From a virus (lineage: Duplodnaviria > Caudoviricetes), in IMG/VR virus record IMGVR_UViG_3300027804_002812, positions 192,001 to 256,000 of that record: DNA of 64,000 bases; one strand, 5' to 3'. Of this stretch, positions 1 through 8,546 are shown in pieces (within the stretch, counting starts at the first letter, position 1; each line of letters starts with the position of its first letter). The position numbers and the translations under genes were made by a program. The notes under the pieces are model-generated. The model did no database searches and was not told where the DNA came from. It saw nothing but the letters and a program-made list of their open reading frames with translations.

Positions 1-1194
1 TCTCATATCAATCAATATTCTTGACACGTTCTGAGAATAATGGTTAGGTGTAATGATACCCCATTCTACTTGTCCTGCGATTGTTGTCGCATCAGTTGAA
101 ATCCATGTTGGGATACTCATGAATTGACCACTACCTACGGTGTATCCGTTTGGAAGAGTAACCAGTTGGTCAATACCCACAACTTGTGATAATAATTTTG
201 GTAAGTCTCCACCGTCAATGGTTTTGTTTCTGTTAATGTCCGCTGTGTATAGAGATTGTCCTGTATTGATTGTTTGTCCTTTACTTCCATCCAATCCCAT
301 AGTCGAGAATTCTCCTTGTGATGATGTGAAATCAGAAATTGTGATAGCATTATTATAAATCGTATTTAGTTTATCCATTTCATGCATTACAGAAACTTCA
401 TAAACTTTATTTTCAGATAACAAGGACTGATTTATATCAACATTACCATTTGACAAAACATCGAAAGTTTGACCAGTATTGGTTACAGTATCTTTGAAAG
501 AAACTTTCAATTTTGACAAATTAAGTAAATTAGTGTTTGCATCAACTTTCGCAGTAATCAATTTACCCGTGTTTTGATTCATGATTACATCAGTTGATAA
601 TGGTAAATCCATGATTGTAGGTACTCCTATCCCTTGTCCATTCCATCCAGCAACAAAGTTTAATTTAACAGGGTTAAATGCATTCGATGTAGATGTTGGT
701 TTCAATCTAAATCTTACAATTATTATTTGAGAAAACTCATTGAAAGGCATTGGAGAGGTTGTTGCCCATGTTAAAGTTGCTCTTATGATTGCATTGGAAC
801 TTGTTACATTATATGAATAAGCTAAACCTGTTGTATATCTTGTTGTTCCATTAGTATTAGTTGTGTTTCCAGCATAGCCATACCCAGGGTAGTTTTGCCA
901 AGATAGTTGTATATTAGATCCTGTTGGAAATACTCCTCCGTTTCCACCAGTACCTGTATGATTGATGGAAATTATTTCAAAGTTTGTTTGGTCGTATTGA
1001 AAGTCAAATAGTAATTGTCTTGTTACAGCATCACCATTACCATTCGCATGAACCATAACATCAAATTGGTCTCCTCTATCAATCACTCCCCCACTTATAT
1101 CTGTTAAAACTCTTGTGTCGGGGAACTTAAACCTAATTTGTCCAAATGAAGTGAACGAGATTAGGAAAAAAGATATTAGTAATATATTTTTCAT
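1..1194 (-). CDS. Secreted cohesin-like/dockerin-like (EF-hand) protein, partial (runs off window start)
   Basis: Not in ORF track. ATG at 1194 abuts the stop of the upstream gene; open frame to base 1. Signal peptide MKNILLISFFLISFTSFGQ, beta-rich N-terminal domain, dockerin-like Ca loop DINRNKTIDGGDL. Confidence 0.6.
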   Translation of the reverse strand, partial: MKNILLISFFLISFTSFGQIRFKFPDTRVLTDISGGVIDRGDQFDVMVHANGNGDAVTRQLLFDFQYDQTNFEIISINHTGTGGNGGVFPTGSNIQLSWQNYPGYGYAGNTTNTNGTTRYTTGLAYSYNVTSSNAIIRATLTWATTSPMPFNEFSQIIIVRFRLKPTSTSNAFNPVKLNFVAGWNGQGIGVPTIMDLPLSTDVIMNQNTGKLITAKVDANTNLLNLSKLKVSFKDTVTNTGQTFDVLSNGNVDINQSLLSENKVYEVSVMHEMDKLNTIYNNAITISDFTSSQGEFSTMGLDGSKGQTINTGQSLYTADINRNKTIDGGDLPKLLSQVVGIDQLVTLPNGYTVGSGQFMSIPTWISTDATTIAGQVEWGIITPNHYSQNVSRILIDMR

Positions 1195-1689
1195 TTAATT
1201 TGTTTCAAATAGTTTAGTAACCAAGTTATCACTTGCTTTCTTCAAAGCATTACTCAATGATTGCTGATTGAAATTTCCTCCGTTGTCCACAATCAGTGTT
1301 GACATAGAAATTTCAGATGATTCTTCTTCGACAATAACTTCTTTGATTTTTTTCCCATCAACCTTCAAAACTCCTCTAAGACGTATTACAACAGATTCAC
1401 TGTCTTTGTGAAATACAGAGACATTCGTCTTGGTTTTTAATACATCCAAGTAGATAATTTCAATAGATAATTTTTGTTTGGAGTCAGGGTTTAGATCGAA
1501 ATTTTTTTCTTGTAAAAATTCCTCTGTGATGTTTCTCAAACCGAATTCTAAGTTTCGATTTCCTGCGAGATTTCCCACTTGAATCTTGTTTACAACAGAT
1601 TCAACCCATATTTCATCAGTAAGATTTGTGGTGATATGGGGCATTATATATAGTATAATACCCGCCATAAACAGGGTTAATATTTTCAT
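1195..1689 (-). CDS. Exported protein, CsgG/LptE-like fold candidate
   Basis: N-terminal hydrophobic segment; translationally coupled to 1..1194; TATTTAT motif upstream (ATAAATA near 1709). Fold guess is weak. Confidence 0.45.
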   Translation of the reverse strand: MKILTLFMAGIILYIMPHITTNLTDEIWVESVVNKIQVGNLAGNRNLEFGLRNITEEFLQEKNFDLNPDSKQKLSIEIIYLDVLKTKTNVSVFHKDSESVVIRLRGVLKVDGKKIKEVIVEEESSEISMSTLIVDNGGNFNQQSLSNALKKASDNLVTKLFETN

Positions 1690-1812
1690 TCGATAGTATC
1701 TTGGTATTCATAAATACCACGAAATTTAATTTTGTCCTAAAGTTTTAGTTTATGTTAGTGTGAACTCTTTTATCCTAATGAGTCAATATTTATAGACATA
1801 AAATAAATTACT

Positions 1813-2640
1813 ATGATACTAAAGAACGGGTCTAAAGGGGAAGACGTTAAAAAACTCCAAGCAAAATTAGGTTTAGGTGCCGATGGTGTATTCGGTTCTG
1901 GTACAGAAGCTGCGGTTAAAAAATGGCAAGCGGCTAATGGATTAACTGCTGACGGTATTGTTGGTGAAGGTACTTGGGCAAAGATGTTCGGAGAGAAACA
2001 ATTAATTACAGAACCATCTACTCCAATCGTAAACGCAGGCCCTTTGAAGTTAGAAAATCTAAAGGGTCACATTCCTGATGCGGTAATCGCACAGATTCCT
2101 GACGCCGCAAAAAAATTCAACATTTCAAATCCACTAAGATTGGCTCACTTTTTAGCTCAGTGTGGACATGAATCTGCAGGATTCAAAGCAGTTCAAGAAA
2201 ATCTTAACTATTCTGCGGATGGTTTGAAAAAAATATTTCCAAAGTATTTCCCTGGAAACTTAGCGGAAGGTTACGCTAGAAATCCTGAAAAAATTGCATC
2301 CAAAGTTTATGGAAGTAGAATGGGTAACGGAGATGAAACTACAAAAGAAGGTTTCAAGTTTAGAGGTCGTGGTTATATCCAATTGACAGGAAAAGACAAC
2401 TACACTAAATTCGCTAAATTCATTGGCGAAGATACTGTAGGAAATCCTGACTTGGTTGCAACAAAATATCCTTTGGCGTCCGCGGCTTTTTTCTTTGATT
2501 CAAACAAATTGTGGGAAATCTGTGATAAAGGTGCTGATGACGCAACTGTTACTGCAGTAACAAAAAGAGTCAATGGTGGTACCATAGGACTTGCAGATAG
2601 AATCAAACACTTCAAAGAATATTTCGGTTTGTTGAAATAA
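1813..2640 (+). CDS. Endolysin: N-terminal peptidoglycan-binding domain + GH19 glycoside hydrolase
   Basis: LKNGSKGEDVKKLQ..DGVFGSGTEAAVKKWQ..DGIVG (PG_binding_1); AHFLAQCGHES, FRGRGYIQLTGKDNY, VTKRVNGG (GH19). Confidence 0.93.
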   Translation: MILKNGSKGEDVKKLQAKLGLGADGVFGSGTEAAVKKWQAANGLTADGIVGEGTWAKMFGEKQLITEPSTPIVNAGPLKLENLKGHIPDAVIAQIPDAAKKFNISNPLRLAHFLAQCGHESAGFKAVQENLNYSADGLKKIFPKYFPGNLAEGYARNPEKIASKVYGSRMGNGDETTKEGFKFRGRGYIQLTGKDNYTKFAKFIGEDTVGNPDLVATKYPLASAAFFFDSNKLWEICDKGADDATVTAVTKRVNGGTIGLADRIKHFKEYFGLLK

Positions 2641-2711
2641 GGAAGTTGAAGATAAACCTCAACAATTTTAATTATTTATTCTTGTGGGTTTCGCAGAGTA
2701 AATTTTTATTG

Positions 2712-2719
2712 TATCTTTG
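2712..2719 (+). promoter_or_regulatory. Bacteroidota housekeeping promoter -7 element (TATCTTTG)
   Basis: Matches TAnnTTTG, 17 nt before ORF 2736. Confidence 0.65.
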
Positions 2720-2735
2720 TTGTAAATAAATAACC

Positions 2736-2975
2736 ATGATGACAATGAATATGACTTCCGCAATCAAAGATTTCAAGTGGGTACTCAAACTACTCCAATC
2801 TTCGAAGAGTAAAGAACATCTGGATACAACACTTCGGTGTTTTAATCTTTGGGAAAACAAACACACCAAAGAAAAACTCACTGAGACAGATGCTGACGCG
2901 GTAAAACATATGAGATATCAATTTTGGTGTTTTTTCAAAAATAAATATTCGAGGTTCGGACTCTTGGTAAAGTAA
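2736..2975 (+). CDS. Hypothetical protein
   Basis: ORF follows a promoter motif; typical codon usage. Confidence 0.7.
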   Translation: MMTMNMTSAIKDFKWVLKLLQSSKSKEHLDTTLRCFNLWENKHTKEKLTETDADAVKHMRYQFWCFFKNKYSRFGLLVK

Positions 2976-3078
2976 AAAAAATTACTCTGTGAATACCGTC
3001 AATCGTATTTTTTTGAAAATTAACATATTTATTTATACAATCGCTCACAAAGTGAGTGTTCTCATATATCCCTTTATT

Positions 3079-3115
3079 TAAGACCCACATTTTTTTGGTG
3101 GGTCTTATTTTTTTT
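3079..3115 (+). terminator. Intrinsic terminator
   Basis: TAAGACCCAC/GTGGGTCTTA stem followed by a T run. Confidence 0.8.
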
Positions 3116-3117
3116 AC

Positions 3118-3125
3118 TATATTTG
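3118..3125 (+). promoter_or_regulatory. Bacteroidota -7 element (TATATTTG)
   Basis: TAnnTTTG 20 nt upstream of ATG 3145. Confidence 0.65.
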
Positions 3126-3144
3126 TATATTAAATCTAAAAACT

Positions 3145-3645
3145 ATGAACTGGCAACGCATCACTCATCCAATCCGAAGAAAATACCAACAAATCCAAAG
3201 AGTAATCGACTTCTTGCCGATTATTTGGAATGGATTTGATTTTGATTATATCTATTCTATTCAACTTTTCAAAAAACAATTGGAAAGACAGGCGAAATTC
3301 TTTGAATCAGGTAAATCATATTCAGATAGATCGAAACAGGATGCATCAAGAATCAGAACTGCAATTAGTTTGATGGATAAAGTTTATGATGAAGGATATA
3401 GCTCGGAATGGATCGATAAATTCATCGAGAAATACGGAAATGATGTATTAGACCACGACTTTGAAGAGACTGAACCAGGAAAAGAAACGTATTACCTTAG
3501 ATACAAATATGAAACTTGGGATAATGCTGAAGAAATCAGAAAAGTGAAATTTGAATTTATTAAAGAATCAGAAAAGAAACAAAAGAAAGGCGAACAATTA
3601 GTATGGAAATTTATAGGGCACAACATTCGTTATTGGTGGTCGTGA
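3145..3645 (+). CDS. Hypothetical phage protein
   Basis: 166-aa ORF, first in the operon. Confidence 0.8.
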   Translation: MNWQRITHPIRRKYQQIQRVIDFLPIIWNGFDFDYIYSIQLFKKQLERQAKFFESGKSYSDRSKQDASRIRTAISLMDKVYDEGYSSEWIDKFIEKYGNDVLDHDFEETEPGKETYYLRYKYETWDNAEEIRKVKFEFIKESEKKQKKGEQLVWKFIGHNIRYWWS

Positions 3646-3646
3646 T

Positions 3647-3778
3647 ATGAAAATATATGAAGTATACGGACAAATTTATATTTTTCCATTTGTAAAAATA
3701 ACCCATACAAGAAAACTTAACGGTGATTTGGAACTAATTATTGGTTGGTTAAAATGGGAATTGACGATATCATTATGA
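3647..3778 (+). CDS. Small hypothetical protein (43 aa)
   Basis: Not in track. MKIYEVYGQ...WELTISL; stop overlaps ATG 3775 (ATGA coupling). Confidence 0.65.
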   Translation: MKIYEVYGQIYIFPFVKITHTRKLNGDLELIIGWLKWELTISL

Positions 3779-4455
3779 AAAAGAAAATAACATTCATCTC
3801 TGACACTCACAACAAACACAAACACCTTACAAGTAAGGGGATGGGAAACATATTGGGTAGTGGTGATATTCTCGTACACGCAGGTGATTGCACAAGTATG
3901 GGGTACAAACACGAAATTAATGAGTTTTTGGATTGGTTTTCGAATACTGATTTCAAACATAAAATTTTCATTGCCGGAAATCACGATTTTGGATTTGAAC
4001 AACAAACAGATATTGCTCAAGAATATAAAAACATGGGAGTAACCTATTTGTTTGACAACGATGTCACCATTGATGGAATAAAATTTTATGGAAGTCCTTG
4101 GCAACCAGAGTTTCATAATTGGGCATTCAATTTATCAAGAGGAGAAGAGTTGGCAGAAAAATGGGAACAAATTCCAAACGATGTTGATGTGTTAATAACA
4201 CACGGGCCGGCATATGGTATTTTGGATTATGCCCCAATAGGTGGTCATGTTGGTTGTGAAGAACTATATCGCAAAATTGTGGAGGTAAAGCCAAAGATTC
4301 ACGTTTGTGGTCACATCCATGATGGTTATGGACAAAAAACGATGGCTGGGATTGAATTTCTTAATGCATCAGTTCTCAACGATAGATATGAATACGCTCA
4401 CAAACCAATCTTTGTTGAGTACGATACTGAAACAAAAGAAATTAATTATATCTAA
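3775..4455 (+). CDS. Calcineurin-like metallophosphoesterase (MPPED/239FB-like)
   Basis: SDTH, HAGD, GNHD, THGP, GHIH motifs; start at 3775 preferred because of ATGA overlap. Confidence 0.9.
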   Translation: MKKKITFISDTHNKHKHLTSKGMGNILGSGDILVHAGDCTSMGYKHEINEFLDWFSNTDFKHKIFIAGNHDFGFEQQTDIAQEYKNMGVTYLFDNDVTIDGIKFYGSPWQPEFHNWAFNLSRGEELAEKWEQIPNDVDVLITHGPAYGILDYAPIGGHVGCEELYRKIVEVKPKIHVCGHIHDGYGQKTMAGIEFLNASVLNDRYEYAHKPIFVEYDTETKEINYI

Positions 4456-4458
4456 AAA

Positions 4459-4875
4459 ATGGAAAAAATGTATAAAGTCTATTTGGATGACGTTAGAACT
4501 CCAATAGAAAATGATTGGGAAATTGCTAGAAATTATGACCAATTCGTAGAAATAATCCAAAGGTTAGGATTAGATAATATAGAAGTAATTTCTTTAGATC
4601 ATGATTTGGACGATTCAGCCATTGCAGAATATTATGCAAACGCCAAACCAAACAATATGTTGAATTACGACAACATATTGGAAAAAACTGGAATGGACTG
4701 TTGCAAGTTCTTGGTTGAGGAAAGCATGAACACAAACATTCCCTTACCTCAGGTTTATATTCATTCGTCTAATCCTCCAGGTAGAGAAAATATGATGAGT
4801 TTGATTAACAACTACTTGAAAAGTTGTGGATTACCCGAAACTTGTGAAAGAAAAATTGTGAAATTCACTGTATAA
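4459..4875 (+). CDS. Cyclic-phosphate-processing Receiver-domain protein
   Basis: VYLDDVRTP, ISLDHDL, TGMDC, IHSSNPPG motifs characteristic of this divergent Rec family. Confidence 0.8.
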   Translation: MEKMYKVYLDDVRTPIENDWEIARNYDQFVEIIQRLGLDNIEVISLDHDLDDSAIAEYYANAKPNNMLNYDNILEKTGMDCCKFLVEESMNTNIPLPQVYIHSSNPPGRENMMSLINNYLKSCGLPETCERKIVKFTV

Positions 4876-4900
4876 AAAAAAGATGGAGAAATCCATCTTT

Positions 4901-5137
4901 TTATTTTTTAACTCGGGTCTGCTTTCTCGCTTCTTTTGCCAAATCACCCAAAGTTTTCTTTTTCTGTTCTGTCGGATGTTTGAATCCTGGTTTGTGTCTA
5001 AATTCCACGGAAATGGGTCCGTTTTTATTAATATCGGAATTGTACTTGAATACGGATACCGATTCCTCGTCTTCGTAGGTTATTTCCCACTTTGTAGTTC
5101 CTGATGTTCTCATAGGACAAATATACTTAATTTTCAC
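4901..5137 (-). CDS. Hypothetical protein
   Basis: 78-aa ORF; the opposite-strand ORF 4883..5104 is its shadow. Confidence 0.7.
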   Translation of the reverse strand: MKIKYICPMRTSGTTKWEITYEDEESVSVFKYNSDINKNGPISVEFRHKPGFKHPTEQKKKTLGDLAKEARKQTRVKK

Positions 5138-5143
5138 ATAAAT

Positions 5144-5173
5144 AAAAAATCCCCACTATTTTAAGTGGGGATT
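5144..5173 (-). terminator. Intrinsic terminator (CCCCAC/GTGGGG family)
   Basis: ATCCCCAC-tattttaa-GTGGGGAT with a flanking A run, downstream of the minus-strand gene 5181..5432. Confidence 0.75.
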
Positions 5174-5180
5174 AGTTAAT

Positions 5181-5432
5181 TTACTCTTCGATTTGGTCTG
5201 ACTTTCCTTTGTTAATCCATTTGTCGACTGACCCGATTCCGAAGGAACCAAGAACTAACCATAAGAAGGCATTAAAGATGAATTCGTTTATCACTAGGTC
5301 TTTACCTAAAGATCCGGTTACAATATCCGCAATAGCGAATCCTGTCATCATTACAAACGCCATAAATCCTACGACGCTTTTTTCATTGATTGTGTTGTTG
5401 TCATCAAACAACTGAGATAAGAATTTTTTCAT
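5181..5432 (-). CDS. Two-TM membrane protein, holin candidate
   Basis: Two hydrophobic segments, charged C-terminus; TATTTAT upstream (ATAAATA near 5457). Confidence 0.6.
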   Translation of the reverse strand: MKKFLSQLFDDNNTINEKSVVGFMAFVMMTGFAIADIVTGSLGKDLVINEFIFNAFLWLVLGSFGIGSVDKWINKGKSDQIEE

Positions 5433-5764
5433 AGTATTTTGGTAATTTACTTACCAATAAATATCATAAAAAAAGGGAGATACCGTCGTACCTCCCAATT
5501 TTCTCCGTCGAGAAAATATAGCGTGTCTTTTTGGATTGGGCTGATCACAAACCCTAAGGATGGATGGTCCTTTGTTTTATTTATCGTCTCAAAACATCCA
5601 ATAGTGACGTGTTTAATTCTATCTTTTTCTAGGTCAAAGATACAGAAAACAACAACTTCTAACCTCCCATACCTGATTCTACGTTTTTCTAATTTATAAA
5701 GCGGAGAAGAAATTGTTAAGGTGAGTATGGGAAAACACCATGATAAAATATTCCGCTATCCATT

Positions 5765-5857
5765 TGGTGGTTGGGAGTGGGATCGAACCACTGGCTCATC
5801 GGGTTTCAACCGATTGCTCTACCATAAACTCTAAGGAGTTCCTGAGCTACCACAACC
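5765..5857 (-). tRNA. trnF: tRNA-Phe(GAA) with enlarged (24-nt) D-loop and bulged acceptor stem; encoded CCA
   Basis: Acceptor GGTTG(T)GG/CCCAACC-A-CCA; D stem GCTC/GAGC; anticodon arm ATCGG-TTGAAAC-CCGAT; T arm AGTGG-TTCGATC-CCACT. Confidence 0.9.
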
Positions 5858-5919
5858 ATATTGTTTCTCGGGGTTTGGAACCGAGTATCTTTCATCGCCT
5901 GTAAGTCCCAAACCCTTTA

Positions 5920-5951
5920 CAAATATAGAAAATTGTTTTCGGACTGTCAAA
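5920..5951 (-). promoter_or_regulatory. Bacteroidota promoter driving the tRNA
   Basis: Minus strand TTTG-N20-TATATTTG, a full match to the -33/-7 consensus. Confidence 0.85.
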
Positions 5952-6017
5952 CTATTTATGAAAAAAAGCCTCCCCTTTTTTGGGGCGTTTAGGACCGTTC
6001 CAGTTATGGGACAATTT

Positions 6018-6048
6018 AAGAGAACGATTCGCTACCGTTCTCTTTTTT
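6018..6048 (+). terminator. Hairpin + T run
   Basis: AAGAGAACG/CGTTCTCTT stem then TTTT. Confidence 0.6.
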
Positions 6049-6086
6049 ATTATTTCTCTATAAGATATTTATAATAAAAAAAAAAT

Positions 6087-6221
6087 ATGGCAAAAGGTTC
6101 AAAAGGGGGTTCATCTCCATCTCGTAAAATTTCTTTTGGTAAAAAAAGAACAGGTGTAGCAAAAAAATCTTATTCCAAATACGAACAAAAACCTAAGAAA
6201 TATCAGGGTCAAGGAAGATAA
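6087..6221 (+). CDS. Small highly basic protein (44 aa, ends KKYQGQGR)
   Basis: Not in track. MAKGSKGGSSPSRKISFGKKRTGVAKKSYSKYEQKPKKYQGQGR; TATTTAT at 6066. Confidence 0.8.
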   Translation: MAKGSKGGSSPSRKISFGKKRTGVAKKSYSKYEQKPKKYQGQGR

Positions 6222-6258
6222 CTTGAGATTTTTTTTATTTTTTTAATATATTTTTATC

Positions 6259-6549
6259 ATGTCAGATAAGAAACGTAGATTCTATCGCCTTTTGGAAACC
6301 TATATGAATGAGTCTCGGAAAGAAGATGTTGAACTTATGTATGGTAAAGACGCAAAAATAAAAGTTCATAATTGGACCCATAATGTCAAAGGAGACCAAT
6401 TTATATTTGAACTAATTGTTGTGTTGGGTAGTACTATTAATGAATCCGTTATGGATAAAAATCTTGCCGAAGTACTTTTAGAAGATGCCTTACAATATTT
6501 TTATCCCGAAGTGACGAAAATATGTTATATGGTAAGATTTGATGTCTAA
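6259..6549 (+). CDS. Hypothetical protein
   Basis: 96-aa ORF. Confidence 0.75.
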   Translation: MSDKKRRFYRLLETYMNESRKEDVELMYGKDAKIKVHNWTHNVKGDQFIFELIVVLGSTINESVMDKNLAEVLLEDALQYFYPEVTKICYMVRFDV

Positions 6550-6551
6550 TA

Positions 6552-6836
6552 TTAAAGACCTGTTGGATTTTTGGATTGTAAAAATTCCACTTTAACTGTT
6601 AGAGCCGCCACTTGTTCAGTAAGTTTTAATATTGTTGCTCTCATCTCATCTTTTTCTTTGGACGAATTTTCAAGAAGAGCTTCTAATTTAGCAATTCTGT
6701 CTTTGCAGTCGTGTCGGATGAAATCTTCATCTCTATCTCTTTTCATTGCTCTTTTCTCATAGAATCTCCAAGCTGAACCCCCACCTAAAACTGTGATCAA
6801 TGTAATTACTGCCGTCCAAATACTTTGTTCCTCCAT
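6552..6836 (-). CDS. N-terminal TM + coiled-coil protein (lysis accessory candidate)
   Basis: Start MEEQ (6836) follows a TATTTAT motif; TM WTAVITLITVLGGGSAW, then heptad-like repeats. Confidence 0.65.
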   Translation of the reverse strand: MEEQSIWTAVITLITVLGGGSAWRFYEKRAMKRDRDEDFIRHDCKDRIAKLEALLENSSKEKDEMRATILKLTEQVAALTVKVEFLQSKNPTGL

Positions 6837-6897
6837 TTTGTTTTTTACATAATAAATATGAGGAGTAATCAACTTTTACTCGGAAGGTCAATAAATA

Positions 6898-7281
6898 TTA
6901 TTCTACTTGTGACCATGTCATATCACTGTTTAATACTGTGGAGTAAAGATATTTTTGATTCCATAAAGAAGGTTCAATTATGGAAAGAAACTTCGTACCG
7001 TCCTTTTTCTCATAAAGGTGGTATATCTCCCCTATAATCGGCTCAAACTTATAAGATGAGTCGTAGACCTCTTGAGTAATATTAAACGATTTTTGGAGGG
7101 TTTCAGCCTCTTTTAAGAGTTCTTGATACCTTCGATTGAATATCTTGTTTGCTTTATCAGTACCATTTTGTTTGAATGGTGTCAAATCTACGGGTACAAT
7201 CTTCGGTGCTCCAACATGATGGGGGTATTCCATCAAATTTGGGGTCATATTAACTTTATCAATGTGAGATGGTGTAGACAT
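6898..7281 (-). CDS. DUF2452-like protein (Bacteroidota-type)
   Basis: YPHHVGAPKIVP...YKFEPIIGEIYHLY pattern recalled for this family. Confidence 0.6.
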   Translation of the reverse strand: MSTPSHIDKVNMTPNLMEYPHHVGAPKIVPVDLTPFKQNGTDKANKIFNRRYQELLKEAETLQKSFNITQEVYDSSYKFEPIIGEIYHLYEKKDGTKFLSIIEPSLWNQKYLYSTVLNSDMTWSQVE

Positions 7282-7337
7282 AAAAAAACCTCGGATATAC
7301 CGAGGTTAAATATAATTAAATTTTTATTGGATTCAAA

Positions 7338-7835
7338 TTATTCTCCTTTAATCATCGCCAATCCATGCTTCAAAAATTCCTTCGCTCTTTGTGAAACATT
7401 TGATAATGCATAAACCTTCTCGATGTCTTTTACAAGTTCTTCACCGTGTTCGTTCTCCTTATAAAGTTCAATAATTTTATCCATTGCCTTATTACATTCT
7501 TTTTTAGTCTCATCAAAGTAGTTGTAAGGTTTGAACTCTTTCAAATGATTCATAATGTTGTACGCTATGTGTTCCCCACCATCAGAAATATTTGGGTGGA
7601 TTCTCAAAGTCTTTAATAATTCGAGTCTATCAGTAAGACCTCCAACTCCATTCTTTCTAAGTTGGACCCCTTCAATGTAATCTTCAAGTTCATCAGACCC
7701 AACAATGTCTTCAAGAGTTTTTACATTTCCACCGTGGCAGAATTTTCTATCCTCTTTTTCTTCTGATTGTTCAATCATATATAATTTCTTGATTGACTCT
7801 TTTTCTTCTTCCGTAAGTACAAATCTTTTGCTCAT
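7338..7835 (-). CDS. Leader-tagged hypothetical protein
   Basis: Start MSKRFVLTEEEK; TATTTAT upstream. Confidence 0.75.
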   Translation of the reverse strand: MSKRFVLTEEEKESIKKLYMIEQSEEKEDRKFCHGGNVKTLEDIVGSDELEDYIEGVQLRKNGVGGLTDRLELLKTLRIHPNISDGGEHIAYNIMNHLKEFKPYNYFDETKKECNKAMDKIIELYKENEHGEELVKDIEKVYALSNVSQRAKEFLKHGLAMIKGE

Positions 7836-7890
7836 ACCGATAAATATATCAATCATTACAAATTGACAATCTATTTATTCTTAAAAACAT

Positions 7891-8538
7891 ATGAAAAGAT
7901 TTTTATATTCAATCACAATTGTTTTACTATCTCTATTATTTGTAAGTTCTGCACAAAATAAGAATGAAGTCGTACTAAAACACACAAACTACACATCAAC
8001 ATTTAGTATTTCCAAAAAATATCCTGTGGTGGTTGAATGGTGGGTAACAAAAGCAATGGTAAGTTGTCCGACACCACTAAAACGAAAAGATAATTTCAAA
8101 CCAGATCCATTATTACCACAACACACAGACATCGCAAAGGATTATGTCGGAAGTGGATACGATAGAGGTCATATGATGCCAGCGGCAGACAATCTATGTC
8201 AAACACAACAAATTCAAGATGAAAGTTTTTATTTTTCTAATATGGCGGCTCAGACACATAGACTAAATGCCGGAGATTGGAAATCATTAGAGACGTTCAC
8301 GAGAGATGAATCCAAATTAAAAGATTCAATTCACGTTTGGGCGGGAAATGTTGGTGAAATTAAGAAAATAGGAAGTGTGTCCGTTCCAAAATATTGTTGG
8401 AAAGTCATCCACATCAAAAAGGAAAATAAGTGGGTAGCGTACTTGTTTGAAAACAATACGTCAGCTCCTGATGGATTCAAAAACAACGAAGTTGCCCTTA
8501 AAGAAATTATGGCTTTAACGGGATTTACGTTTCGTTAG
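7891..8538 (+). CDS. DNA/RNA non-specific endonuclease (NucA/EndA beta-beta-alpha-Me family) with signal peptide
   Basis: GYDRGHMMPA active-site motif, NMAAQ, W..LE; hydrophobic N-terminus. Confidence 0.92.
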   Translation: MKRFLYSITIVLLSLLFVSSAQNKNEVVLKHTNYTSTFSISKKYPVVVEWWVTKAMVSCPTPLKRKDNFKPDPLLPQHTDIAKDYVGSGYDRGHMMPAADNLCQTQQIQDESFYFSNMAAQTHRLNAGDWKSLETFTRDESKLKDSIHVWAGNVGEIKKIGSVSVPKYCWKVIHIKKENKWVAYLFENNTSAPDGFKNNEVALKEIMALTGFTFR

Positions 8539-8546
8539 ACAACCAC

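Noticed and set aside
135-358. Track ORFs 135..350 and 140..358
   Set aside because: Shadows of the long minus-strand ORF 1..1194 that the track missed because it runs off the window.
5439-5760. ORF 5439..5699 and possible ribozyme/second tRNA in 5520-5760
   Set aside because: ORF lacks coding character. I found only short permuted complementary blocks (CCCATAC/GTATGGG, AACAA.TTCT), with no hammerhead core or cloverleaf.
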